Shown here piece after piece: positions 37,405 to 49,904 of a stretch of 64,000 nucleotides of DNA. Each line of letters begins with the position of its first letter. Position 1 is the stretch's first letter. The position numbers and the translations under genes are program-made. The stretch covers positions 51,807,810 through 51,871,809 of the forward strand of contig NC_052152.1 in assembly GCF_902713615.1 (NCBI RefSeq), in the 5' to 3' direction. The DNA comes from Scyliorhinus canicula (Eukaryota). The notes below the pieces were generated by a model. It had not been told where the DNA came from and did no database searches. It saw nothing but the letters and a program-made list of their open reading frames with translations.

Positions 37405-37812
37405 CGGTAGCTTTTATATTCACCATCGTCTTGCCAGTGCGCTTAGTAGCTATGGTGAACCAAGATCTGTCTGGATCTTGGATCCACTCTCTAGCCTCAC
37501 AGTAGAACTCTCCCTGATCAAATGCTTGCAGTTGGTAGATGGTGAGTTTAAATGAAGTCACTCCAATCTTATCCAGTCGTACATCTCCTGATGCCTGTCT
37601 CTGCCTATATGACTCTCCAGAACGTAGAATGAAATCTCGTGTCAGAGAGATGACCTTGAGATTCTGATCTCCCTTCTGTAGGTACCATGCGACAGCCACG
37701 TGTGTGTGCTGGGATGTTTGCCTGGATACTTCACAACTCAATTCCAGGGAGTCACCTTCGACTTTATTCAGGGTCTGGGGTGCCGATACTGCACTGAGCG
37801 TGTCTGGAATGA
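37405..37812 (-). CDS. IGSF3: IGSF3-like (EWI family) exon encoding V-type Ig domain 2
   Basis: Polypyrimidine tract plus CAG acceptor (37813-15) and GTAAGT donor (37399-404); 408 nt, phase 1/1. Translates (V)IPDTLSAVSAPQTLNKVEGDSLELSCEVSRQTSQHTHVAVAWY...DQGEFYCEAREWIQDPDRSWF, with C-W-C and the EWI motif; closely resembles IGSF3 domain 2 as recalled. A CD101-type paralog is not excluded. Confidence 0.92.
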
Positions 37813-38559
37813 CTGGAAGAGAAAGAGAGAAAAATGATCAAAGGGATGTAGGCATCTCAAATATATATTGAAAAGAGTTACGGTAGTGCAGCAGTGCTTG
37901 AGGGTCAATTATTTGCGAATAACGTTTGTTTAATTTCTTGGATGAGCATTGCTGGTGTACTTTGCAGGTTTGGGGAAGGAAAACAGGAACTGTCTGTCTC
38001 GCAACTCTAATCCCCCTGGAGACCGTTGATCCAAACCATGGAAGAGCTCACAGGTGAATACGGTCCTTAGGGTTATGGAGTTTTCGCAGCTGGGATATAA
38101 AAGGTTAGTGAGAAAAACATATGGAAACAATGGAAGAGTTGGAGGTTTGCATTATTCATGAGGGGGAGAAAAACTGTTTTAGCAGTGGTGTTCGGTTCTT
38201 ATTCTTTCATTCTCTAAGAATTACATCATAGATCTTAACACATGAACGCACTGGTCTGAAACTATCAGTAGACATGAATATATTTTCTAAAATTAGAGAG
38301 GGCCATTTCAGACCATGAAGCATTCATGTATTTATATCTCATTTTGTAATTCCAAAACACAAGTCTAAAAAAAACAAGCATTAATTTCCACACGTTCACA
38401 GAAGCTTTCCGGGACATTTTGTTATCTAATGTTCGTGAGGAATGGATCACTGATGCCCAGCAGGATTTTCAAAATGCCAAGACACCGGCAACATATCAGA
38501 TTCTTTCCTGAAGGGATATTAACAATATCATGCTAAATGTTCCTATGCCCTCCAATGCT

Positions 38560-38803
38560 TTTTTTTTCTTCTTTTTTAAAAATAAATTTAGTGTACCCAA
38601 TTCATATTTTTTCCAATTAAGGGGCAATTTAGCATGTTCAATCCACCTACCTTGCACATCTTTGGGTTGTGGGGGCAAAACCCTTGCAAACACGGGGAGA
38701 ATGTGCAAATTCCACATAGACAGTGAACGAGAGCCAGGATTGAACCTGGGACCTCGGCGCCGTGAGGCAACAGGGCTAACCCACTGCGCCACCGTGCTGC
38801 CCC
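38560..38803 (-). mobile_element. V-SINE, short-tailed, 14-bp TSD
   Basis: TSD TGCCCTCCAATGCT at 38546-59 and 38804-17. Confidence 0.92.
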
Positions 38804-39776
38804 TGCCCTCCAATGCTGACCCCACTGGAGTTTGTAGAGTTGGTTGAGGACGGCGAAAAGCACAGCATTGTTACCTTTTTCTTCCATGCAGCTAGGAAAT
38901 CAGGTTCCTACTCACTACTGAGGGTTATGGATGCCTGGGACCTTTCACCACCCTCTCCTGCCATTCCCCTGGACTCAGTAATGCTCCTCTTGACTTCCTG
39001 ACCTCCTAATAATAATAATAATAGTAATAATAATCGCTTATTGTCATAAATAGGCTTCAATTAAGTTACTGTGAAAAGCCCCTCATCACCACATTCCGGT
39101 GCCTGTTCAGGGAGGCCGGTACGGACAATTCTTGTCTATTTTATTAGAAAACTCACCTTTGCTTCAGAGATCCAGGGTGTTCTACTAGCATGGATGCTCT
39201 CCCCCCAGAAGAGGAACACTTGCAACATTTGGGATTCAATACACTTCATATCACGCAGTGCACTGTCTACCAGTAATCTACCAGGTTCCTGCTGAGCCAG
39301 AAACATGAGATCTCCTGGCAAAAGGACTGACATTAGTTTTATAAGGAAGAGGCAGAAGTCCTGCCAATAAGGCCAACTGAGAAATCCCATAATTAACAAA
39401 AACTAGCATAACTGAGAGATACCCACCCCTGAGAAAATTTGGTGCCATCAACTCCATTTGAACCAAACATATTTGATTGAATTTTTAAAAGTTGTCATTA
39501 AGCTCTATGATAGACATACGAGAAAACTCAAGATGATAGAATGCCATTGTTGTCACTGGGATTATTTCATTTGTTCCCACTAACATGTTATGAGAAATAT
39601 TGGGTGGAATTTTACCAAAATTTGTCAGTGTCAGGCTCTGACTGAAAACCAGCATGTATCTCTCCAGATGCACAACTGAGTTTTATCATAGAATATCATA
39701 GAATTTACAGTGCAGAAGGAGGCCAATCGGCCCAATTTCAGACCAATTTTTCTGGCAACCTGTGCATAGTAAATCT

Positions 39777-40680
39777 GGGGGCGCAGTTTATTCCAACTCC
39801 CTGGTGGGTCGGGGCCTGGTACAGAAATCAGGCGCCATCTTTATGGGGTGCCCTGATCTGAAAATAAACTTCCCCTCCACCACCCTTACAAACATAGAGG
39901 ATTCCCAGCCCCACACGCATCGGGGCAAAACCCCCCTCCCCAACCATCGGCGCATCAGGGGCTCTCATCCTCCCCCATCTCCCCACCACTTAAGTATCAG
40001 GGGCTCTCCCGTACCCCCCCCCAACTACTCCACCACAAGTGTCGCGGTCTCTTCTCCTCCCCCCCTCCTCACCTCACAATTATTGGGGGCTCTTCTCTCC
40101 TCGATCCCACTCCACCACACAAATGTCAGGGGCTTTATCCCCCTCTCCTCCCCACCACACAGGTATCTGAGGGTCTCTCCTCCCCACCACTGTACAAATA
40201 TCGGGGGCTTTCCCATCCCCTCACCCTATCATCACCACCAGGGAAATATCGGGGCACACCCCCACCCCTCAGGCATCAGCCCTTTCACACATAAAGGGAA
40301 CCCCCACCATGGTGCTCCCAGAAGACCCACCCCTACCATTGCCAAGGGACAGTGCCAACACTCAGTGCTAGGGCACAACCTGGGCATGTCCCTCTTTACC
40401 AGGGGCAATATTTATCTTCGCGCCCCAACAGGTTCCCCCTTGGCTGATTCCTGTTTTTATCTAGCTGTTGTTAACCTCGCCAACATCACGTCATGTCACC
40501 GAATATGAATATTCAGTGAGGGAGTATCATGTGGCTGGGAAGCCATTTAATTAGACTGAAATTTATTCAAATGTATGGAAATGGTGTACCGGCCCTTTCT
40601 GGGCGGAACTTTGTTTCATCACCGGTAAGACGTGGGAAGAATATGGAAACGAGATCTCGCCGTTAACGCTGACGGCCAAT
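39777..40680. mobile_element. Probable Harbinger-type non-autonomous element (C-rich interior)
   Basis: Left end GGGGCGCAGTTTA resembles the TIRs at 61894/62522; right end not resolved. Confidence 0.4.
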
Positions 40681-40834
40681 GCAGGTTCAAAAGCACCCTT
40701 ATTGCTTTTAAGGCAAAAGGCTTCAGTTGTTCTTTTTTGCTTAATAATAAATTAATTACTTCAAATTGTTACAATAACACCATAAGTAACTTGTAGCTAT
40801 AAATTCTCTACTCTTGACACGCATTAAAAAACAT

Positions 40835-42400
40835 ATGCTCCGGGAATGTGGCCAGCATTTATTGTCCATCCCCAATTATAACAGAATGAGATGGTGAGCT
40901 ATTTTCTTCAACCATGTAGCGTAGGTACATTCAGAGTGCTAATTGGAAGGGAGTCAAGAATTTGGACCCAGTGGCGCTGAAGGAATGGCGATACAGTACC
41001 AAGTCAGAATGGTGTGTGGCTTTGAGGGGAGCTTGCAGGTGATGGTGTTCCCATGTGCCTACTTCCCCTGTTCTTCTGGGTCGTAGAGGTCGCAGGTTTG
41101 GCAGGTGCTGTTGATGGAGATTTAGCGAGTTACTGCAATGCATCTTGTTGGTGGTACACACTGGTGCACTATGCATCAGTAGTGGAGGGAGTGAATGTTG
41201 AAAGTGGTGAATGGGGTGGCAATCATGCATGCTGCTTTGTGCTGGATTTTGCTGAGTTTTTTCAGTATTAATGGAACTGCACTTTTCCACTTTTCCATCA
41301 CACTCCTGATTTGTGACTTGTAGATGGTGGGCATGATTAGGGGAGTCAGGAGATGAGCGACTCTCTGCAGAATTCCTAGTCTCTGATCTGCTCTTGTAAC
41401 CACAGTATTTATATGACTAGTCCAGTTCAGTTTTTGGATGATAGTAACCCCTAGAAGTATTGATAATGGAGGATTCAGCAATGATAACGTCAGAAATAGT
41501 AAAGGAAAGGTTAGCTTTTCTCTTGTTGGAGATAGTGGTTGCCTGGCTCTTCTGTGATGTGAATGTTACTTGCCACTTATCAGCTTATGGAAGTAGAATC
41601 CTTCAGTATCTAAGGAGTCGCGAATGGAACTGAACATTGTGCAAACATCAGTGAACATCCCCCACTTCTGACCTTATGATGGAGGGAAGGTCATTGATGA
41701 AGCAGCTGAAGATGGTTGGACCTTGGACACTACCCTGAGGATCTCCTGCAGTGATGTCTCGACACAAATGATTGACCTCCAACAACCACCTTCCTTTATG
41801 CTTGGTGCGACTCCAACAAGAGTTTCCCCTGATAACCATTGACTCCAGGTTTGCTAGGGCTCCTTCATGTCAAATGCTGCCTTAATGTCAAAAGCCGTCA
41901 CTCTCATCTCACCTCTGGAATTCAGCTCTTTTGTCCATGTTTGGATCAAGGCTGTAATGAGGTCAGGACCTAAGTGGCCCTGGCAGAATCTATACTGAGC
42001 AGGTTATTGCTAAGCAAGTGCCATTTAACAGCATTGTCGATTACACCTTCCATCACTTTGCTGATGATTGAGAATAGGCTGATGGGGTGGTAATTGGCAA
42101 GGTTGAATTTGTCCTGCTTTTTGTCAAGACATACCTGGGCAATTTCCACAGTGACGGTAGATGCCAGTGTACTGGAACAGCTTGGCTAGAGGCTCAGTTA
42201 GTTCTGGAGCATAAGTCTTCAGTACTATTGCTGGAATATTGTCAGGACCCAAAATGGTTTCTCTATGCACAATTCAAGACAACAGGGCCGGAAATGTGCT
42301 TGGCCTTATTCCACGGGTGGGAGTGCAGTGGGCCGGTACTACAGGAGATTGATCTTGTCAATGTTCAGGGGTTAGTTCGTTCAAATCATTGTGTTGGAAC
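40835..42400 (-). mobile_element. CR1-clade LINE fragment (RT C-terminal half, 3' UTR)
   Basis: GDPQGSVQGPTIFSCFINDLPSIIRSEVG (PQG motif) and ILGVTIIQKLNWTSHINTV; same family as 52320-52640 and 58600-59660. Confidence 0.85.
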
Positions 42401-42753
42401 AGGGCACAAGTCTTGTCCAACCAAGATAGCAATCAAAAGGTCTTGAAACTCCAGAATGGGGGTGGAGGTAAGTGTGGATAGACGCATGGAGGCTGAAGGA
42501 ACATCAGAAGCAGATCCAGAACAAGATTTTAAAGCCTGCATTTGGTTAAAGGGACTTAGGTTAGTGGAAGGGGGAAGATGATACCGCCTGACAACAGAGT
42601 ACGAGTGTTTCAAAATTTCTGGATCACTATTTGGAAGTGGTGCTTACTGAAATGAGGGATTGTCATGTCACATGGAAGGAGCTGGAAAGGTGGGGAAAAG
42701 CACCTTCTTAATGCCAAGGGCCTCCATCCCTCCATCCCTAATATGTAGCTGAA

Positions 42754-43142
42754 TTTTTTTATTTAAAAAAAATATTTTATTAACGCATTTATAAACTTTT
42801 AGCAACAATTTTCAAGAGGAAAAACAACAAAGTAAACAACACCCACCTAACCAACAAGCACACCCAGCCAACGTGGCGTACATACACAGTTCCCAAGTCC
42901 CCCTGCCCCACTAACTAATCCTGCCTCAACCACCCCCCCCCCCCCCCCAACCTCCTTCCCTCTCTTACCCCCACTCCCCCACCCTTTTGTATCTGCTGAC
43001 AGCTTAATTTTCACCAAAGAAGTCGATAAACGGCTGCCACCTCCGGGGGAATCCTAGCGTCAATCCTCTCAAGGCGAACTTGATCTTCTCAAGCCTGAGA
43101 AACCTGGCCATGTCACTAACCCATACCCCTATTTCGGGGGCT
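42754..43142 (-). mobile_element. 5'-truncated L1-clade LINE 3' end with 12-bp TSD
   Basis: MARFLRLEKIKFALRGLTLGFPRRWQPFIDFFGEN*; TSD TATGTAGCTGAA at 42742-53 and 43143-54. Confidence 0.88.
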
Positions 43143-43933
43143 TATGTAGCTGAAATTTAACAACCTCACCATGACAGCAAGGGAATGTGTCCTGCCAATT
43201 AAGTAACCTGCCAACTTGCTGATGTCCTTGGAGAAAATTCAACACTGTCTGTGCCCAATGTTGTGGTTTAGCATCGTTGGGATTACAAAGAGTACGTATT
43301 GTTCCCTCTGTGAGTCAGTTTGTCTGTCATAGACCCTTCTGTTTAACATTCCTTCACATCTTGCAATACATGCTAGTCTTTTGAAGCTCATCTCCAATGT
43401 TACATCCTTCTATTTCACGACACACAGCCAAATGAGATAAACGTCAAAGAGTGCTGCTGCTATTCAACATTCATGAATTCTTCTCCCACTAGAGGTTGGC
43501 ACACAAAAGTCATAGAGCAGCAGGCCACAGGTGGAGGATGCTTGTGAGCCAAGCAAGTGACCCAGTTAGAGGAAGATGCTAAGCCTATCCAAGGCGCAAA
43601 CTCCTCGGCAGCTGGGAAACCTTGAGGCGCTGAGGATCAAAATGAGTTTGTGAAGCAGCATTGTTCAATTGGAGACTGTAGTTATGGAAACAGAGAGATG
43701 CATTACAGAACTTCTGGCTAAAAGGCGGTAAGGATAGCAATGAGCGGCAGCAGAAAGCTGGTGACAAAAGCTTTCCATTTGTTTCTTCAGAATTATGAGG
43801 CTAAGAAGTGAGACAGTGGAGAAAGGAGCTTCATGTCCTTCCGTAGATTGCAGTGGCCTTAGACTCTCACTCATCCCATCACTTTCACTCTCATCTGCCC
43901 AGATTATAGCAATGAACAATGTAGTATAGGTGG

Positions 43934-44150
43934 GGCAGCACGGTGGCCTAGTGGTTAGCATAACTGCCTTACGATGCTGAGGTCCCAGGTTCGATCCCAG
44001 CTCTGGGTCCGTGTGGAGTTTGCACATTCTCCCCGTGTCTGCGTGGGTTTCGCCCCCACAACACAAAGATGTGCAGAGTAGGTGGATTGGTCACGCTAAA
44101 TTGCCCCTTAACTGAAAAAAATAATTGGGTAATCTAAATTTATTTTTTAA
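43934..44150 (+). mobile_element. V-SINE, short-tailed, 16-bp TSD
   Basis: TSD AATGTAGTATAGGTGG at 43918-33 and 44151-66. Confidence 0.93.
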
Positions 44151-45241
44151 AATGTAGTATAGGTGGTGAAATGTCGCTTGGTTGGTCACGGAGCACAAGG
44201 AATCCAGAGGTTTTAATTTTGGCAGTAGGGCCTGATATTACTGAGTGGAGTCCAAGGGAATGTTACTGCTAAGCAAGCGGCTGGTGATCTCAAAGATTTA
44301 GATAGGTTTTCAGACATGCAGCTATTGACTGCCCTGTCTCCACCCTCACCCAACCTCCAGAATTCTTCACAAGCGAAGTGGTCCCCGCAGACTCAGTCTT
44401 TGGCTGAACTGATATTTAGTGCACAGCCCATTGCAGTCTACTTCAGACCTCATCATTCATGAGTGAAAGGCCACTTTCATCCCACAAGACTAATGATCTT
44501 TTTGAGGTGCCATCCACACCCAAGACCCCTGATCCTCAAGTTGCACTTGAACATAATTTTAGATATAAGTCTTCAAAGAATTGGGAAATTCACCAGAGCA
44601 GAGAAGAGTCACAATACAAAACACAGTAAATTGCTTCTCTTGCTTGGGGTATGATTCATGATGTTGTTTTCTAACTTAAGGAAAAAGTAAACATGATGTT
44701 ATACTTTGCAGTCACTAATATAGTGACTTCGATCACTCCCCTAACCACTCCATTTTCAAAGAGTTCTGAATGGAATTAATATAAAAGCTGGTTGCATAGC
44801 ACAAAGATCCTTTTTGTAAGTATGTATTGACAAACAGTGCTTTCATGCTACAGTGAACGAGTCCTGAATAAAACCAGTTGCATCTCTCCAATTGTGTTGG
44901 TTCACTTGCTTCCACTTATGTCCGATATTCATTCTCCATGGGGTCACCAATCACCAGCATGACAAATTGGATGTCCATTTGGATCGCAAAATATTGCAAG
45001 ACCCAAAAGGATATCAAAATCAGTGATGTCACATGAGGGGCAGACTGAAGGGACTCCTGTGAGCTATCCAGGGAACCTTTCTTTCAGTGTGCCTACAAAT
45101 GCGGACCAGGAATTCATGTACTCATGTGACCTTCATTACATTTCTTCTCGGCTGCATCGGAGCACCTCAGGAGTGCCGTCCTGAGCCATGGAAAGCCATG
45201 GACAGAATTTGTCTTCAAGGAATCATCCGAATGAAAACATT

Positions 45242-45872
45242 GGGCGGGATTCTTCCAGCCCGTGCCGGATCGGAGAACCCCGAACTGCGCCACGCCACCC
45301 GCACGCAATTCACTGTGGAGCTGAGCACGCTTGGCACGGCGCCGGTCACGGGCTGCTCTACGCGGCCGGGCCACCGATTCTCTAGCCTAGATGGGCCGAG
45401 TGGCCGCTCTGAAAAGGCACAGTCCCGCCGGCGCAGGGGGCGGGAGCTCTGCGTGCAGGGTTTTGGGCAGCCTGTGGAGGGGGGGGTCCACGGGGGAGCC
45501 TCCGATGGGGTCTGGCCCACGATCTGGGCCCTCCGATCGGCCGGCCAGCCTCTGTGGCTGGGGGGCCTCCTTTCCTACGCGCCGGCCCCTGTAGCCTTGT
45601 GCCATGTTGCGTCGGGGCCAGCATGTTGAAGGAGGCCACTGCGCATGTGCGTGTTGGCGCCGGCGCCACTGCGTATGTCCTCGTTGGCGCCAGCGCAACT
45701 GCGCATGCGTGGCTCCCGCAGCGCACAGTTCGCGCCGGGATCTGCAGCTGGAGCGGCGCAAACCTGTAGGGGCCAGAATTAGACGTGGGAGCGGCCCGTT
45801 CTCGCCGTCGAAAAACGCGACGGCGTTTACGACGGCGTGGACACTCTGCCGCGGGATTGGAGACTCCCGCCC
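45242..45872. mobile_element. Harbinger-type MITE (631 bp)
   Basis: TIRs GGGCGGGATTCT / AGACTCCCGCCC; perfect TSD ATT. Confidence 0.88.
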
Positions 45873-45984
45873 ATTGCCTTCGCAGAGTGAATTGGAGCTG
45901 TTGTTCTATTCAGAACCAAATCTGACATCATAAGAATAAATAGAGTATAACAGGATGAAAAGGAAGTGAAACAGTAGCACATAT

Positions 45985-46221
45985 ATTTTTTAATGTAAAA
46001 AAAAATAAATTTAGAGTACGCAATTATTTTTTCCAATTAAGGGGCAATTTAGCGTGGCCAATCCACCTACCCTGCACATCTTTGGGTTGTGGAGGTGAAA
46101 CCCATGCAGACATGGGGAGAATGTGCAAACTGAATACGGACAGTGACCCAGAGCGGGGATTCAAACCCGGGACCTCAGCGCCGTAGGCAGCAGTGTTAAC
46201 CATTGTGCCACCGTACTGCCC
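45985..46221 (-). mobile_element. V-SINE, short-tailed, 16-bp TSD
   Basis: TSD AAACAGTAGCACATAT at 45969-84 and 46222-37. Confidence 0.93.
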
Positions 46222-47091
46222 AAACAGTAGCACATATGAAGGTATTTGAAATGACAGATATTAAACTAAATGGTCCATTTTGGATTCTCTCTAATGTTCG
46301 TTACCCCATTTTATTTGTCTATTTCCCCCCCAGGAATGCTGCAATATCTTGCTTTAAGCAATACACAGCTCAGTAATTCAAAATAACAAATTACCTGATA
46401 CTGCAAATTAATGTTCACTAACTCTTTAATACTATTTAATGCTTTAAATCTATGGCTAAACATAAACACAGTATCCACAAATAACACTACAGAATGCATT
46501 GGAAACTGCTTAACAAATTAGACTGTATAAATAATTGAGAGCGTATTCAATTGCTGATCTTAATCCTGATGCTGGACGATAGTGAAAACACTACAGTTGG
46601 GAATAAAGTGAGTTGTGCCCAGCTGCGATCTTGAATTTCTTTCTGATTTTCTCTTCCGAAGAATTCATTGTTGTAGAACATCACGTATATCCGACAAAGA
46701 TCTTGATGATATTCCATTAACTTCAAGTGCAGCTCAGTAATTTGCTGAAGAAAAATATCAATGAACCAAATGCCCAATTCAAGCCTGCTTTCCGAATCTT
46801 GAAGCTGCATGGTTGATTGAACGGGGTTTAATAGCTGTGAGGCATTTCACTGTAACAGACAGTTCAGTTGGAATTTTCCGATTGGGTCTGACAGTTCAGT
46901 TGGGATTTTCCGATTGGGTCCGTGCCCAACGGGAAGGAGAGTGGGCTAAGATTCCACCTGACCAAGGTGATGAGTGTCAATGTTCCTGTAATTCCCAAAG
47001 TTAGCCTCAGAACGATCCAGCATCAGAAACATCATTTCTGTGATCCTGTCCAGTTAAGAGTAGGGAAATTGCAAAGCTGCAGGATCTAAAG

Positions 47092-47576
47092 CAGGGGTGG
47101 GCAAACTTTTCCGTGCAAGGGCCACATTCAGAAATTCACAATTTTAAAGGGCCGCATAGTATATCAAGTAAAATAATTAATATTTAAAATAGCCAAAATA
47201 AAAGGTTTTTAAAGAAAAAAAAAGCAATTAATTTTTATTAATTAACATTTTAAAGTAGAAACTTTACATGAAACACATTTATTTGAAAAACAAAGTAACT
47301 CAGTTTAAAGAAAAAAAAGCAATTAATTTTTATTAATTAATATTTTAAAGTAGAAACTTCACATGAAACACATGTTGTGCCGAGCAATGATCACCCTACT
47401 CAAGTCAACGTATCCACCCTATACCAGTAACCCAACAGCCCCTCCCATTAACCTTAAAATTTTTAAAAATTATTTTTATTTATTTATTTATTTTTTAATG
47501 ACTTGATCTTGGTGGGCCGCATAAAGACCTTTGGCGGGCCGCATGCGGCCCGCGGGCTGTAGTTTGCCCACCCCTG
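47092..47576. mobile_element. hAT (Charlie-type) MITE, 485 bp
   Basis: Perfect 16-bp TIR CAGGGGTGGGCAAACT and perfect 8-bp TSD ATCTAAAG (47084-91, 47577-84). Confidence 0.96.
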
Positions 47577-48911
47577 ATCTAAAGGTTTACTGCACAATAA
47601 AGGGACAGGGAGCATCACTACTTTGGTCAGTTAGAGGTCTGCTTTTACAGAACGATTGCCAGATTTTCAGGAGGGTAAAGAGTCCCCTTGTTCTTTGCTG
47701 GGTGTGATGAAAATGTTATTACTTTAATATTTTTGAGGATATTGTCTCGGCCTGTGGAAATATGTATATGTGTATGTGTGACTAATTCAATTAAGCTAAG
47801 GACTAAGTGTCTATGGAATTGAGATCATCAGAGGGACTAGGTGAGAAAAGCAGGCATTTTAAGTTAATAAGACCAAGGTGGATGTTCCACAAGTAAACAC
47901 AACATGGGGAGAAATGTGCATTAGGAGATCAGTGAGGATTTTGGCTTTAACTGTTAAATGCCAAAGGAAGAAGGAATTTAGACCTTAAGGAATGGTCATA
48001 AGTAAACTTGGGAAGGTTTTTATTTTTTCCATCCTTTTTAAAGATGCAGACAGTGCTTAATGCTACAGTGAGCTGCAACAGATAGCAATCCACGCAATCA
48101 TCCCATTCATATTTGATGTGCTAAAAGTGCAGCAATTTCTTACAAGGGAGCCCACACTTGGTTTTAGAGACTGGGAATTAAGAGGGACGTAGCAGCTATA
48201 GGTTCAGCATAAAACCCTGCTTCTCTTCATTCTCATCCTATTGTGGTCCACCTTACCGGTTAGCTACATTATGAGAGCCTCAGGCCATTCCTCCTGTTGT
48301 AATTCGCATGTGAGCTCTGTTCATGATGAAACTATCAAGCTTCGTTATCTATTTTCTATTTCTTAATGTTGCAGAGTAAGAGTAGGCAAGTTCCAACACA
48401 TATGGCCTTGGCAGCATTTCTGAGTACGCATTATTTTAATCCACCCATCCAAGTTTAGGGAGGGTTTACACCAAGGGAGTTAAGTGCTCCAGAGAGGAGT
48501 GTGCTGAGAGGCAGAATGATGGAAACTGAGCAGGAGAAGCAGCTAGTGGCACGAGGAAGACAACACTGATAGAAGGAAGATCAGGTTGTATTGCCTGTTC
48601 ACTGATGAGACTTCCTGAGTCTAGCTGTTAAAAACACATTGTGCAAATGGGTGGGTTTTGAACAGGTTACAATCAGGTCTTTTATTTCCAAAGTTTCAAA
48701 CATTGGTGTTGACAGTGGTACCAATCCCAGACATGGTGCCACAGGTGGAATCCACGTAACAGCACATACAGAAGCACTCTGAAATCTTGCAGTTACTGTG
48801 AGAGCATATGGCTCTCCAAGGAGTAGTAACCCTGGGGGACTCCAAACTTCTTACTTCGGCTCTAACAATAATCAGCGAACAGCAAACGTCTGGCATGTGT
48901 GGCACAAGTAC

Positions 48912-49904
48912 TGTTGCTCGTTTTACTGGAGTGTGATTAACACGCCTCCGTTTAAAGGCCGTGTGCTTAACACTGCTATGGCTCTGTATGTGTAATTATG
49001 CTCGGAGTCGCCAGGTGCCGTATTGAGACACCGTATATTAAGGTCAGGTTCAAAGTAATAAATCTGTACACCGATTAGTAAGTCCAAACGATTGGTGTTT
49101 ATTATAACAAATATAATAAATACACATGCATACGCTAAAGAGACTAACTTACTTCTAATACTAAACAACTAAATACTTATCTAGACAGGAACAGGCAAGG
49201 TCAGGGAACAAGGCCTTCGTCCCGTTCTTGGTCTGCAACTCTCTGAATCGTAAAGTTGTCAAGATCTAGCAAGGTCTGGATCACGTAGCGATCGTTGTAT
49301 TGGCACTTACAGTTCGATGGCTGATGGCTCAATGGCTGGTGATGAAACTGGAGTCAGGATGCGATGTAACAAACAACAAACTCGGGTCGGAGTAAGCAAG
49401 CAGTCCTGAACCGGAGCAAAGCAGAGCAGAGCCGGAGCAACAACAGACCGAACCATGTGCGGGGTCTACTCTTATAGGTCCTAGAAGTCCGTGCCCCCTT
49501 GGGGCGGTTCTGTTACCTGCCAGGTATCGAGTGGGCCTCTCCCAATCGATATCTTCCAAACCCCCCAATCTGAGGGTCGTTCCTCGATGGGTGGGGCGGT
49601 CCCTACGGCTCTTTGTGTTGGTTACTGTGGCGCCATTCTGTCTGGGCGTCTACGCAAAAGTATCCATTGATACTTAAATGTTTCTATTGTGCGGGGTCTG
49701 GATCTGGATCACCTCATTACTATGCAGATCTGTTTCCCATTTGCACCTTTGGCTGAAACTCTGCACCTGGCCAGAAACTGGTTTCTGTACGTGCAGAATG
49801 CAAATTAGTCTTCTGCAAGCTGCTTGGCCTCACTAAGACTGTTTTTCCCTTCAGCCTTAGCAGTTCTCCATTTTGTAGCCCAGTGTCCATCTTAGATGGC
49901 TACA
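48912..49904 (-). mobile_element. Long solo LTR (about 993 bp)
   Basis: Minus strand TGTAGCCATCTAAGATGG...CGAGCAACA; CCTATAAGAG TATA-like near 49470 and AATAAA near 49100; flanks GTAC/CTAC. Confidence 0.72.

Noticed and set aside
39151-39399. Possible extra IGSF3-like exon ending at AAG|GTGAGT (39157)
   Set aside because: The phase-1 frame needed to join domain 2 has a TGA just upstream of the donor, and there is no Ig motif.
48696-48912. YLCHT motif as the missing domain 1 (YECHT)
   Set aside because: The surrounding residues lack the V-domain pattern and the motif abuts an LTR boundary.
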